A program made the translations under genes and the position numbers. 32,000 bases of DNA, from the NCBI RefSeq assembly GCF_000940845.1, contig NZ_CP010341.1, positions 60,001-92,000 on the forward strand. Reading direction: 5' to 3'. This document shows, piece after piece, positions 19,201 through 30,139 of the stretch (positions are counted from its first letter, which is position 1; each line of letters opens with the position of its first letter). The notes below the pieces were generated by a model that was not told where the DNA came from, did no database searches, and saw only the letters and a list, made by a program, of their open reading frames with translations. The stretch is from Propionibacterium freudenreichii subsp. freudenreichii. GTDB lineage: Bacteria > Actinomycetota > Actinomycetes > Propionibacteriales > Propionibacteriaceae.

Positions 19201-20255
19201 GTTTCTGACGAGGTGGCCGCACCAAGCACTCCGTTGGCACCGCCCAGCTGGTTGTACAGATCTCCGATCGCACCCGAAGTCGCGATCTGCGCAGATGGCG
19301 CCACCGCATCAGCGATGGCGCTGGTCGGGGCCTGGGTCGTCGGGGCCTGGGCGGTCGGTGACTGGGTTGTTGAGGGGGCTGCCGCCGAGGGGGTCGCTGG
19401 GCTTGCACTCGACGAGCTGGAGCTGTTCGCGGGGGTTGGCGTTGCCGGCGTCGACGCGCTCGTGGCCGCGGTGGTGGGCTGCGCGGTGCTCTTGGCCGAT
19501 GCCGTGTTGGCGGCTGATGAGTTGCTACTGGTCTTGGTGGTCGCATCCGCTGCGGAGTTGGCGCTCGTGGCCGTGGTTGCTGTCGACGTGGAAGCGGTTG
19601 CAGACGGCGCGCTCGACGCCGTCGCGGTTGCGGACGTGGTCTTGCCCAGGGCGGCGTACTTTGCCGCCACATCGCTGGTGACGACCTTTCCGCCGTCATT
19701 GGTCCAGTAGATGCCAGCGTTCTGGAACTGCTGGTACCAACCGTCAGGCAGCTTCACCTCATCGTAGGTGGGCAGACCGAGCTTGGTCAGCGCGGCATCG
19801 CCCAACGCGACATAGGTATCGCCGATGCCGCCCTTGATGGCATGCGCGCCGGTGGCCTGCGACCAGTAGATGCGTCCATGCTGGAACTGCTGCCAGACGC
19901 CACCACCGGTAAGGGGGGTCTCCGATGCAGTGGCCAGGCCGAGCTCGCCGTCGGCGCCATCCATGGCCGTGTAGAGATCGCCGATGGCACCCGAGACGGT
20001 GATGGTCTTTGGCGTGGTGGACGTCTCACTTGTGGCTAGGACAGGTGTCGCAGAGCTGCTGGAGCTGGTGGTGCCCGACGACGCAGAGGTGCTGGCCGAC
20101 GTTGCCGCCGGACTGGCAGGGGTCTCAGAGACGGTGTCGGCAGAGGCATGTGAGGGGGCTAGGGCGAGGGACAGGCCTACCGCTGGGATGGCTGCCAGAA
20201 TGAAACCGGCAGTGCGCGTATAGGGAATGCTCTTCTTAGAGGGCCCTGCTAGCAC
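16221..20255 (-). CDS. Secreted cell-wall hydrolase: signal peptide, S/T-rich linkers, about 18 LGFP repeats, C-terminal GH73 (mannosyl-glycoprotein endo-beta-N-acetylglucosaminidase) domain
   Basis: GTG at 20255 with GGAGGA 7 nt upstream. Signal peptide ...FILAAIPAVGLSLALAPSHASA/DT. There are 2 + 16 repeats of about 53 aa with the pattern G.IG..Y...G...G.LG.PT..E....GG..Q.F..GRIYWS..TG.H. An S/T/A/P low-complexity linker spans 19290-19643. The C-terminus carries VSIAQSIIESGWGQSSL...NNYFGIK...GFRSY (GH73 signature, about 16224-16700). The tracked ORF extension 20256-20669 overlaps glf and is rejected. Confidence 0.9.
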   Translation of the reverse strand: MLAGPSKKSIPYTRTAGFILAAIPAVGLSLALAPSHASADTVSETPASPAATSASTSASSGTTSSSSSATPVLATSETSTTPKTITVSGAIGDLYTAMDGADGELGLATASETPLTGGGVWQQFQHGRIYWSQATGAHAIKGGIGDTYVALGDAALTKLGLPTYDEVKLPDGWYQQFQNAGIYWTNDGGKVVTSDVAAKYAALGKTTSATATASSAPSATASTSTATTATSANSAADATTKTSSNSSAANTASAKSTAQPTTAATSASTPATPTPANSSSSSSASPATPSAAAPSTTQSPTAQAPTTQAPTSAIADAVAPSAQIATSGAIGDLYNQLGGANGVLGAATSSETALSGGGAWQQFANGRIYWSQATGAHAIKGGIGDVYFAMGDSALTDIGLPTGDERDLGNGMWVQQFQNGRIFWSGATGGHATNGDIAAAYAALGDSAYSYLGLPTADPVSVRSGVMQSFQSGRIFWSPTTGAHIVHGGINDTYTSLGSSAFADLGLPTSDEAAVANGWAQQFEKGSIFWSYATAGVVVHGNIGAIYASLGTDGPASLGLPSGQVTTLADGSQYQQFQRGLIYWSQASGARIVHNGIGDTFAAMASAPSAMGMPTGDEVDLGNGAWMQQFQNGRIYWSGATGGHAIKGGIGDTFAAMGDSAYGLLGLPTGDETVLSNGWFQHFQNGSIFWSYPTAGILVKGGIGDTFAALGESALSTLGAPVSGELSLGNGAWMQQFQNGRIYWSGATGGHAIKGGIGDTFAAMGDSAYGLLGLPTGDEVSLPAGWYQQFQGGRIYWFGPTGGHMVRGGIGDSYVNQGASTGLLGLPTSSEISADGGSYQVFQGGRIYWKDGLGSGTVRGAMLDAYLSMNASSGLLAFPRGGEVAIAGGALQDFEGGRLYWHPNSYAYLVRGAIGATYDAWGGSSGALGFATSNENPTADGTIQSFQNGTIAWKNSGGTVVNVVKGGIGDTFTAMGNSAYGLLGLPTSNEITLPNGWYQQFQGGRIYWSGPTGGHMVRGGIGDSYINQGASTGLLGLPTSSEISADGGSYQVFQGGRIYWKDGLGNATVRGAMLDEYLKLGASSGLLQFPRAGEAAINGGVSQDFEGGRIYWRPNNYAYAVRGAVGATYFAWGASDGALGFPTSDEAPTDDGTIQTFQNGTIAWKNSGGTVVNVVNTGGSKPAAGDEAGYIRWVAGFAQEEQRRYRVPAAVSIAQSIIESGWGQSSLTAVDNNYFGIKCPAYGSPFVSGCTSYSTSEWVNGGYVTIQAGFRSYNSPGDSFLDHGFFLSLGDPSNSANRYYPAFLTTNDRDFVRAIAAAGYATDPTYANKIISIMDRYNLYQYDV
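16731..17996 (-). repeat. Intragenic tandem duplication, period 633 bp (211 codons = 4 LGFP repeats)
   Basis: GACCACATTGACCACGGTGCCACCGGAGTTCTTCCAGGCGATAGTGCCATTCTGGAAG occurs at 16731 and again at 17364 (offset 633). The two encoded 211-aa modules (KGGIGDTF...GGTVVNVV) are roughly 80-85% identical by eye. Confidence 0.85.
17919..18395 (-). repeat. Two copies of a 156-bp segment (155/156 identical) at an offset of 321 bp (107 codons = 2 LGFP repeats)
   Basis: 17919-18074 and 18240-18395 were compared base by base. The single mismatch is A at 17928 versus G at 18249. Both encode ...DE.SLGNGAWMQQFQNGRIYWSGATGGHAIKGGIGDTFAAMGDSAYGLLGLPTGDE. Confidence 0.9.
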
Positions 20256-23744
<3,489 letters not shown>

Positions 23745-23748
23745 GCCT

Positions 23749-24633
23749 GTGAGTTCGTCTGATCTGGCGTCGCTGCCGTTGCATGCCCCCGGGCACTCCA
23801 ACGGCCTGCTCGACGTGCCGAAGTGGCACTTCCTCCTCAACCTGTTGGTGAAGAAGGAACTGCGCGTCCGCTACCGCGGCTCGGTGCTTGGCATGCTGTG
23901 GAGCTACGTCAAGCCGGCCGTGCAGCTGCTCGTCTACTACATGGCGATGGGTAAGTTCCTGCGCCTGTCGGCGTCGATGACCAACTACGTCATCTACCTG
24001 TTCGCCGGCATGGTGATGATCAACTTCTTCAATGAGGTGATGGGCAACACCACCCGCTCGATCGTCAACAATGCGCCACTGGTGGGCAAGATCTACCTGC
24101 CCCGCGAATTGTTCCCGGTGTCGAGCCTGTGGGTGGCGTTCGTGCACTTCGTGCCCCAGCTGGCCGTGTTGCTGCTGGGGGCGTTGATCGTCGGCTGGCG
24201 GCCCACGATGCTCAATGTGATGGCCGGACTGCTGTCGATCGCCATGGTCGCCATCTTCGCGCTGGGCCTGGGCCTGGCCTTTGCCGCGTGGAATGTGATG
24301 TTCCGCGACGCCGAGAACCTGGTTGACCTGATCGCCATGGTGGCCCTGTGGGTGTCGCCGGTGTTCTACAACTGGAGCATGGTGCAGTCGGTGGTGCCCG
24401 GCTGGCTGTGGAACATCTACCAGTGCAATCCGCTGGCGATGTCGGTGGAGCTGTCGCACTATGCGTTCTGGGTGCCCACCCGGGGCGTCACCGCCACCCG
24501 GTCGATGGCCGAGCTGATGCCACCGCACTGGGTGATGTGGTCGGGTGTGGCGCTGCTCATCTCGCTGATCATCCTGGTGCTGGGCCAGATGGTCTTCCGT
24601 GCCAACGAGGGCAAGTTTGCCCAGGAGCTGTGA
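23749..24633 (+). CDS. wzm: ABC-2 type polysaccharide export permease (Wzm-like)
   Basis: ELRVRYRGSVLGMLWSYVKPAVQLL entry motif and six hydrophobic helices. The GTG at 23749 has GAGGAA about 10 nt upstream. The longer TTG start at 23698 would overlap glfT2 by 47 nt. Confidence 0.85.
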   Translation: MSSSDLASLPLHAPGHSNGLLDVPKWHFLLNLLVKKELRVRYRGSVLGMLWSYVKPAVQLLVYYMAMGKFLRLSASMTNYVIYLFAGMVMINFFNEVMGNTTRSIVNNAPLVGKIYLPRELFPVSSLWVAFVHFVPQLAVLLLGALIVGWRPTMLNVMAGLLSIAMVAIFALGLGLAFAAWNVMFRDAENLVDLIAMVALWVSPVFYNWSMVQSVVPGWLWNIYQCNPLAMSVELSHYAFWVPTRGVTATRSMAELMPPHWVMWSGVALLISLIILVLGQMVFRANEGKFAQEL

Positions 24634-25403
24634 TGAGCGAGCCTGTTGAATCCACGGTGATGGTCGATCCCAACCTGGTGGTCGCGCGGCTGCGCGATGT
24701 GGACAAGCGCTTCACCCTGCACCACACGCACTCCATCAAGGAGTACTTGGTGTGGACGATGAAGGGCCGCAAGGGCGAGCTCTCGGAGAGCTTCCTGGCC
24801 CTCGACGACGTCAACCTCGACATCCACCAGGGCGAGTCGGTGGCGCTGCTGGGCTTCAACGGCTCGGGAAAGTCCACCTCACTGAAGCTGCTGTCGGGCG
24901 TCATGATGCCCGACAAGGGCGAGGTGGCCATTCGTGGCCGCATCGCCGGCCTGATCGAGGTGGGCGCCGGCTTCCATCCCGACCTCACCGGGCGTGAGAA
25001 CGTCTACCTCAACGGCGCGATCCTCGGCATGAGCGAGTCGGAGATCGACGAGAAGTTCCAGCGCATCGTCGACTTCAGCGAGATCGAGAAGTTCATCGAC
25101 ACCGAGGTGAAGTTCTACTCCTCGGGCATGTTCCTGCGCCTGGCCTTCGCGGTTGCCGCACACTCCGAGCCCGACATCTTCCTCATCGACGAGATCCTCA
25201 CGGTGGGCGACGAGCCGTTCCAGCGCAAGTGCATCGCCAAGATCAAGGAACTCAAGGCCGGCGGGCAGACACTTGTGGTGGTCAGCCACGACCTCGACAT
25301 GGTGCGCGGCATCTGCGATCGCGGCGTGGTGCTGGCGCAGGGCCGGGTGACCTTCGACGGCGACGTCGACGACGCGGTGGAGTTCCTGCGCAGCACCGAG
25401 TGA
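24633..25403 (+). CDS. wzt: Polysaccharide export ABC transporter ATP-binding protein (Wzt-like, NBD only)
   Basis: 256 aa from ATG 24633 (TGATG overlap with wzm). Walker A GFNGSGKST, signature YSSGMFLRLAF, Walker B DIFLIDE, H-loop VVSHD. There is no C-terminal extension. Confidence 0.9.
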   Translation: MSEPVESTVMVDPNLVVARLRDVDKRFTLHHTHSIKEYLVWTMKGRKGELSESFLALDDVNLDIHQGESVALLGFNGSGKSTSLKLLSGVMMPDKGEVAIRGRIAGLIEVGAGFHPDLTGRENVYLNGAILGMSESEIDEKFQRIVDFSEIEKFIDTEVKFYSSGMFLRLAFAVAAHSEPDIFLIDEILTVGDEPFQRKCIAKIKELKAGGQTLVVVSHDLDMVRGICDRGVVLAQGRVTFDGDVDDAVEFLRSTE

Positions 25404-25515
25404 CCCTCGGCCCCGCTCCAGGCTCGGGCCCGGGTTCAGGGCCCCGGTTCAGGCTCCGGACCTGCCACGGCCGCGCCGTGCCACGACCCCGACATCGGTG
25501 CCCGGAACCGTGCCA

Positions 25516-27924
25516 CTACAGGCGGCCGGTGATGCGTCCCGCCGCGCGGCTCAGATAGCCGCGGGCCACTTGGTACTGGCGCTTGGCGAAGTTGAACCCG
25601 CCCCCGGCGCGCACCGCATGGTCGGTGGCGCGTAGCTGCACCTGCAGGTCGGCGATGAGCTGCTGCTGGGTGCCCAGGGCGTCCACCACCTCCTGGATCT
25701 TCTGCTCCAGGTGGTCGGTCTCGCGCTCCAGTTCCTTGCTGATGAACAGGGGCAGGCCCAGGCCGTTCTTGTCGGTCCATTCCTTGAGGGCCTTGTTGCG
25801 CAGCAACAGGTCGTACTCGGTGTGGTCGGAGCTGTTGGTGTACATCGAGTTGCCGGCCGTCCCCTCGGCGGGCTGCAGCGGACGATGGTGCCAGTTGGCC
25901 AGGGCGTGGTCGATGAAGCCCACCTCGCCGGCCTGTAGCAGGCGCAGGTGGAAGACGTAGTCGCCGATCACCGGATAGTCCTCGGCGTACAGCCCCACCC
26001 GGTCGTGCACGGCACGCCGGTAGACCAGGCAGATCGGCACGATGCGGTTGAGCTTCACGAAGTCGAGCAGGCGCATCGCATGCAGATCGGGCCACGACGG
26101 GAAGCGCTCATAGGTCACCCAGTCGGGGCCCACCTGCCGCTCCATCACGATCGTGGTGCGGGTGGCGACGGCCTCCTCGTCGGGATGGGCACGCAGGTGC
26201 GTGAGCGTCTCGAGCAGGAACCGCGGCTGCCAGCTGTCGTCGTCGTCGTGGATGTTGACGAATTCACTGTGCGAGTTGGCCAGCCCCACGTTGGAGGCGG
26301 CCTCCATGCCGTGCGACACGGGATTGTTCACCACGGTGAGTCGATCGCCGAGCTCGCTGCGGTAGCGGTCGAGTACGGACGCCACCTGGTCGGTGTCGCC
26401 GGCGTCGTTGACCACCACCAGCTGCCAGTCAGCCCAGGCCTGCTCCAGCACGTCCTGGACGGCGCGGTCGAGGAAGCCGGGGCGGTTCTGCGTGCGCATG
26501 ATCAACGCCACCGTGCGGTCGGCGCCGGCAGCCGGTGCATAGCGGAAGGGGGCAATCGCCGCGGCGACGTCGCCGGTGAAGCGGTCGACCTGGTCGAGCG
26601 CGGCGGGTCCGCCGAGCGGGGCGGCGCTGTCGGGGGTGGCAGCGTCGTGTGTGGCATCGCGGGGGGCCTCGGCCGGGTTGCTCGCGTCGGCGCGATCACT
26701 GTCATCGGCGGTGTCACTGGCCTCGTCGAGCACGGCAACCACCTGGTCCCACCAGCGGCTGGCGGCGTCCAGGCGCTCGGGGCGCACGGCCAGCGCGGCG
26801 CTGCGTTCGGCGTCGGCGCCGGCCACCAGGGCATCGAGCACCGCGTCGGCGACATCGGCACGCAGGGCACCGGTCGCCGGGTCCCACAGGGCCGCGAAGG
26901 GCACCGACGCGTTGCTGCGGCCCCAGTTCGCCAGGGCGCCATCGACGCGGCTGCGGGCATAGCGGCCGAGGGTGATCGGCAGCACCGGGGTGCCGGACAG
27001 CAGTCCGAAGACCACCGGATGGAAGCGGGTGGTGAGCGCCCATCGCGAGGCGGCCAGCCGGGTGGTGGCGTCAACCGCCTGTTCGATGGGCAGCAGCGTG
27101 GCCTGATGGCTCATCTGCGCGGCCACCAGCTTGTGGATGCGCACATCGCTGCGCGGACGGTCGGGATCGGCCATGTGCGGCACGAACTCCACCTCGGCGC
27201 CGGTGCGCTGCGCCAGGCCGTCGATCAGGGCAGCCATGATGGACACATAGTCGTGTTCGGCGAAGGGTTCGGCGTTGTCGCCGAGCGTGACGCTGATCCG
27301 GTTGGCCTTGGGATGGTCCCAGTCGGCGTCCAGCAGCACGGCGTCGTCGAGGGTCTGGAAGATCGCCGGATGCTCGGGGCACAGTTGCGTGGCCAGCCGA
27401 TAGCTGTCGGCGTCGCGCACGCCCACCAGCTGGCACAGCTCGAGCAGTTCTTTGAGTGCGGCGCGGTCGCTGAGCAGCAGGAAGGGCCCCAGGCTCTGCC
27501 CGCTGAGCACCACCGGGATGTCGAGGAAGGACGCCACCAGGGCGGTGGCCAGGCGCTCATAGACCAGCCAGCCGAAGTTGGAGTTGAGGCTGCCGCCGCC
27601 ACCGATCACCAGGGCGTCGACGCCGCGCAGCTGGTTCATGATCTTGAACAGCTTGTCCTTGGCAGGCAGGGCCACGTGGTTTCCCGACAGCACCTTGCGG
27701 ATCTCGGCCAGGTAGCGGTCGCGCTCGTCCAGCGGCCAGGGGAAGGTGAGTGCCGGGATCGACTCGGCGTGTGGCTGCCCGCCGGGTCCGTACTTCTCCT
27801 GACGCGAGATCATCACCACCTCGTGTCCGCGCTGCCGCAGCTGTGCCGCGCTGGCGATTCCGATGGCCTCGTCGCCGACGTGATAAACCGCCTGGTCAAC
27901 CTCGCACAGAAGCGCTACCCGCAT
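25516..27924 (-). CDS. Tri-domain protein: polysaccharide pyruvyltransferase-like domain + GT2 domain + C-terminal coiled coil
   Basis: 802 aa, with AAGGAG 6 nt before the ATG at 27924. aa 1-400: VYHVGDEAIG, DALVIGGGGSL, TTRFHPVVFGLLSGTPVLPI (CsaB/WcaK-like). aa ~470-690: ALIMRTQNRP, VVVNDAGD, NIHDDDDSW (GT2). aa ~728-768: ELERETDHLEQKIQEVVDALGTQQQLIADLQVQL (heptad-like). Confidence 0.85.
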   Translation of the reverse strand: MRVALLCEVDQAVYHVGDEAIGIASAAQLRQRGHEVVMISRQEKYGPGGQPHAESIPALTFPWPLDERDRYLAEIRKVLSGNHVALPAKDKLFKIMNQLRGVDALVIGGGGSLNSNFGWLVYERLATALVASFLDIPVVLSGQSLGPFLLLSDRAALKELLELCQLVGVRDADSYRLATQLCPEHPAIFQTLDDAVLLDADWDHPKANRISVTLGDNAEPFAEHDYVSIMAALIDGLAQRTGAEVEFVPHMADPDRPRSDVRIHKLVAAQMSHQATLLPIEQAVDATTRLAASRWALTTRFHPVVFGLLSGTPVLPITLGRYARSRVDGALANWGRSNASVPFAALWDPATGALRADVADAVLDALVAGADAERSAALAVRPERLDAASRWWDQVVAVLDEASDTADDSDRADASNPAEAPRDATHDAATPDSAAPLGGPAALDQVDRFTGDVAAAIAPFRYAPAAGADRTVALIMRTQNRPGFLDRAVQDVLEQAWADWQLVVVNDAGDTDQVASVLDRYRSELGDRLTVVNNPVSHGMEAASNVGLANSHSEFVNIHDDDDSWQPRFLLETLTHLRAHPDEEAVATRTTIVMERQVGPDWVTYERFPSWPDLHAMRLLDFVKLNRIVPICLVYRRAVHDRVGLYAEDYPVIGDYVFHLRLLQAGEVGFIDHALANWHHRPLQPAEGTAGNSMYTNSSDHTEYDLLLRNKALKEWTDKNGLGLPLFISKELERETDHLEQKIQEVVDALGTQQQLIADLQVQLRATDHAVRAGGGFNFAKRQYQVARGYLSRAAGRITGRL

Positions 27925-28099
27925 ACGAAGCTCCTTGATACCGGGACGTGTGGCCGGCCGGTACCCTCGCCACCACAGATCTTTTGGACGTTATCATGCG
28001 CGGCCGCACGATCCGGGCGCGCGAAACCGGCCCCCAGCGCGCCCACGGGCGCTGCGGCGAACAGGCGTCGCGCCTGCTCGCGCGACGGGCCGGCAGCTC

Positions 28100-28957
28100 T
28101 CAACGCCTGCCCACCAGCCTCATCATCGTGCGGTATGCACGCTGCCGCAGGCCGGTGGGGACCAGGCGGTACAACCCACGCACCGCGACATTGCGCGCCC
28201 CCACCAGGTGGCTGACGAATCCGGAGCGCACGAAGGCTCGTTGCAGCGCCAGCTCGCTGCCCAGCATCTCGACGCCGCCGCGCCGCTTGTAGGCACCCGA
28301 TCCCACCCGGTAGAGCACCAGCGGATCGGGCAGGTTCGTCACCCGCGCGCCGCACTGCAGCATGCGGGCGAACAGCCAGTAGTCCTCCATCTTGGACAGA
28401 TGCTGGTAGCCACCCGCACGGGCGACGGCACTCTTGCGGTACACGACGGTGGGGTGGTTGAAGGGGTCGCGGAAGTGGGCCACCCGGCGGATCTCGTCGC
28501 CGTCCTGGGGCAGCCGACGGACCATGCCCGGATGGTGCTCGTCGTCGTTGAATTCCTGGATGGCCGAGCCCACCAGGTCGTAGCCGTCGGGCTCGCCCGG
28601 CGCGTCGCCGGCGATCACCGGGAGTTGGCGTGAGAACCGGTGTGGCACCGAGATGTCGTCGGCGTCGGCGCGAGCCACGATCTCGTAGCGGCATGCCTCC
28701 AGGCCCAGCTCGAGGGCGGCGGCCAGGCCCCGGTTCCGGTTGATGCGCACCAGCGTCACGGGGATGTCCCCCACGGCACTGCCGTCGGACGCGTGGGCGA
28801 TCACCTCTTCCAACTCGGGCGGCACCGGCCCGTCGCGCACGATCACGATCTCATTGGGACGCAGGATCTGGTCGGTGCTGATCGACGCCAGTGCGCGGGC
28901 GAAGAACTCCGGCTCGTCGCCGGCGTAGACCGGCAGCAGCACGCTGAACGCCGTCAT
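28100..28957 (-). CDS. GT2 family glycosyltransferase
   Basis: 285 aa. FSVLLPVYAGDEPEFFARALASI, IVIVRDGPV and ARADADDISVPHRF match the GT-A N-terminal pattern plus acidic motif. ATGA overlap with the upstream gene at 28954-28957. Confidence 0.8.
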   Translation of the reverse strand: MTAFSVLLPVYAGDEPEFFARALASISTDQILRPNEIVIVRDGPVPPELEEVIAHASDGSAVGDIPVTLVRINRNRGLAAALELGLEACRYEIVARADADDISVPHRFSRQLPVIAGDAPGEPDGYDLVGSAIQEFNDDEHHPGMVRRLPQDGDEIRRVAHFRDPFNHPTVVYRKSAVARAGGYQHLSKMEDYWLFARMLQCGARVTNLPDPLVLYRVGSGAYKRRGGVEMLGSELALQRAFVRSGFVSHLVGARNVAVRGLYRLVPTGLRQRAYRTMMRLVGRR

Positions 28958-29916
28958 GCGGGCTCCTTCGCCAGGGCCTCGATGTCCGACTCGGCGGGGG
29001 TGCCGGCAAGCACCCGGCCATTGCTGCGTGGCCCGGCGCGCAGTCCGTCGCGCAGGCCGGTGCGCAGGCCACGCGACAGCACCCGGCGGTTGCCCGAGGT
29101 GCGCAGCGTGTGCGCCCAGCGCCGCAGCGTCGACGCGCCGTAGATCAGCTTCTCCCAGCGCGTCAGGGCGCGGGAGCGGGTGAACAGCCAGACCTTGTTG
29201 CGCACCTCCTGGTAGAAGCGCGGCCCCGGATCCGCCCCCGAATCGCCGAACGCCCGGGTGAGGTGGCGCACGCGGCTGGCCGGCACGTAGAGCCCCTCAT
29301 GGTGGCGCAGCAGGCGCGCGGTGTACTCGAAGTCGTCGTTCCACAGGAAGTAGTCGGCCATCGGCAGGCCGCATTCGCGCACTGCCTCGGCGTTGATCAG
29401 GATGGACACGAACGACGCCGAGCGGATCGGGCGGCATCCCAGCCGTGCGGCGTCGGCCTTCTCGCGGGGCGAGGCGTCCAGTCGGGTGCGGGGGGTGTTC
29501 ATGGGGTGCTCGCGGCCGTCGGACCAGTCGGCGCGGCTGGCCAGCACGGCAAGCTCGCGGGGATAGAGCCGGGCCGTGTCGAGAAGGGCCTGCAGGGCGG
29601 TGCTGGTGGGCACGGTGTCGTCGTCCATGATCCAGATGCCGTCGGCCCGCTGACGCGCCATGGCGGCGGCGATGCCGGTGGTGAAGCCGCCTGCCCCACC
29701 GGTATTGGTGGGCATGGTGATCACCTCGGTGACCACCGGGTGATCGCGGGCGATGTCGCCGGAACCATCGGTGGACGCATTGTCCACGACGATGACGGCA
29801 TCGGCCGGCCGGGTCTGGCCGGCCAGGCCATCAAGGCACTGGGTGAGCAGCTCACGACGGTTCCAGGCCACGACCACCGCAACGATGCGGGGCGGGTTAC
29901 CGGGGGTGGGCTTCAT
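28954..29916 (-). CDS. glfT1: GlfT1-like GT2 galactofuranosyltransferase (tentative)
   Basis: 320 aa. IVAVVVAWNRRELL, VIVVDNASTDGS, TNTGGAGGFTTGI, IWIMDDDTVP and RFYQEVRNKVWL parallel the motifs I recall for M. tuberculosis GlfT1 (Rv3782): IVVDNDGCGDS, NLGGAGGFALGM, VWLADDDGHA, RFFTYRNRGYVL. Confidence 0.7.
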   Translation of the reverse strand: MKPTPGNPPRIVAVVVAWNRRELLTQCLDGLAGQTRPADAVIVVDNASTDGSGDIARDHPVVTEVITMPTNTGGAGGFTTGIAAAMARQRADGIWIMDDDTVPTSTALQALLDTARLYPRELAVLASRADWSDGREHPMNTPRTRLDASPREKADAARLGCRPIRSASFVSILINAEAVRECGLPMADYFLWNDDFEYTARLLRHHEGLYVPASRVRHLTRAFGDSGADPGPRFYQEVRNKVWLFTRSRALTRWEKLIYGASTLRRWAHTLRTSGNRRVLSRGLRTGLRDGLRAGPRSNGRVLAGTPAESDIEALAKEPA

Positions 29917-30069
29917 GCGCTCAGCCTAGCGATTGCCACCGACATTCCGGGCGCCTGTCGGATTGCCGCGGGCCGCCGATGCCGGGGACGGGCCGGCGGC
30001 CGGTCGCGCGCGGTTCCCGGTAGTCGCGGGGGCATGTCCAGGGTGCCGTGATCCGCATCGGGGCGCACA

Positions 30070-30106
30070 AATGGGCGCGAACTCCCCGCAGGGAGCCGCG
30101 CCCATT
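30070..30106 (-). terminator. Hairpin downstream of the thioredoxin-like gene (candidate intrinsic terminator)
   Basis: AATGGGCGCG (30070-30079) pairs with CGCGCCCATT (30097-30106). An inner CTCCC (30082-30086) pairs with GGGAG (30091-30095). On the minus strand the stem is followed by UUGUGCG. It lies 34 nt after the stop at 30140. Confidence 0.55.
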
Positions 30107-30139
30107 CGCGTCGCCGAAGGCCTCGCGGGGACGGCGACG

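Noticed and set aside
19290-19643. Possible DNA-level tandem repeat in the S/T/A/P-rich region of the LGFP gene
   Set aside because: The low complexity is at the amino-acid level (biased composition). I could not find a consistent nucleotide period, unlike the true repeats at 16731-18395.
25416-25455. Three imperfect 13-bp tandem units (CCAGGCTCGGGC / CCGGGTTCAGGGC / CCCGGTTCAGGCT) in the convergent gap between wzt and the tri-domain gene
   Set aside because: The tract is short, GC-rich and low-complexity. It forms only weak 5-bp stems, so I could not support a terminator or a functional repeat call.
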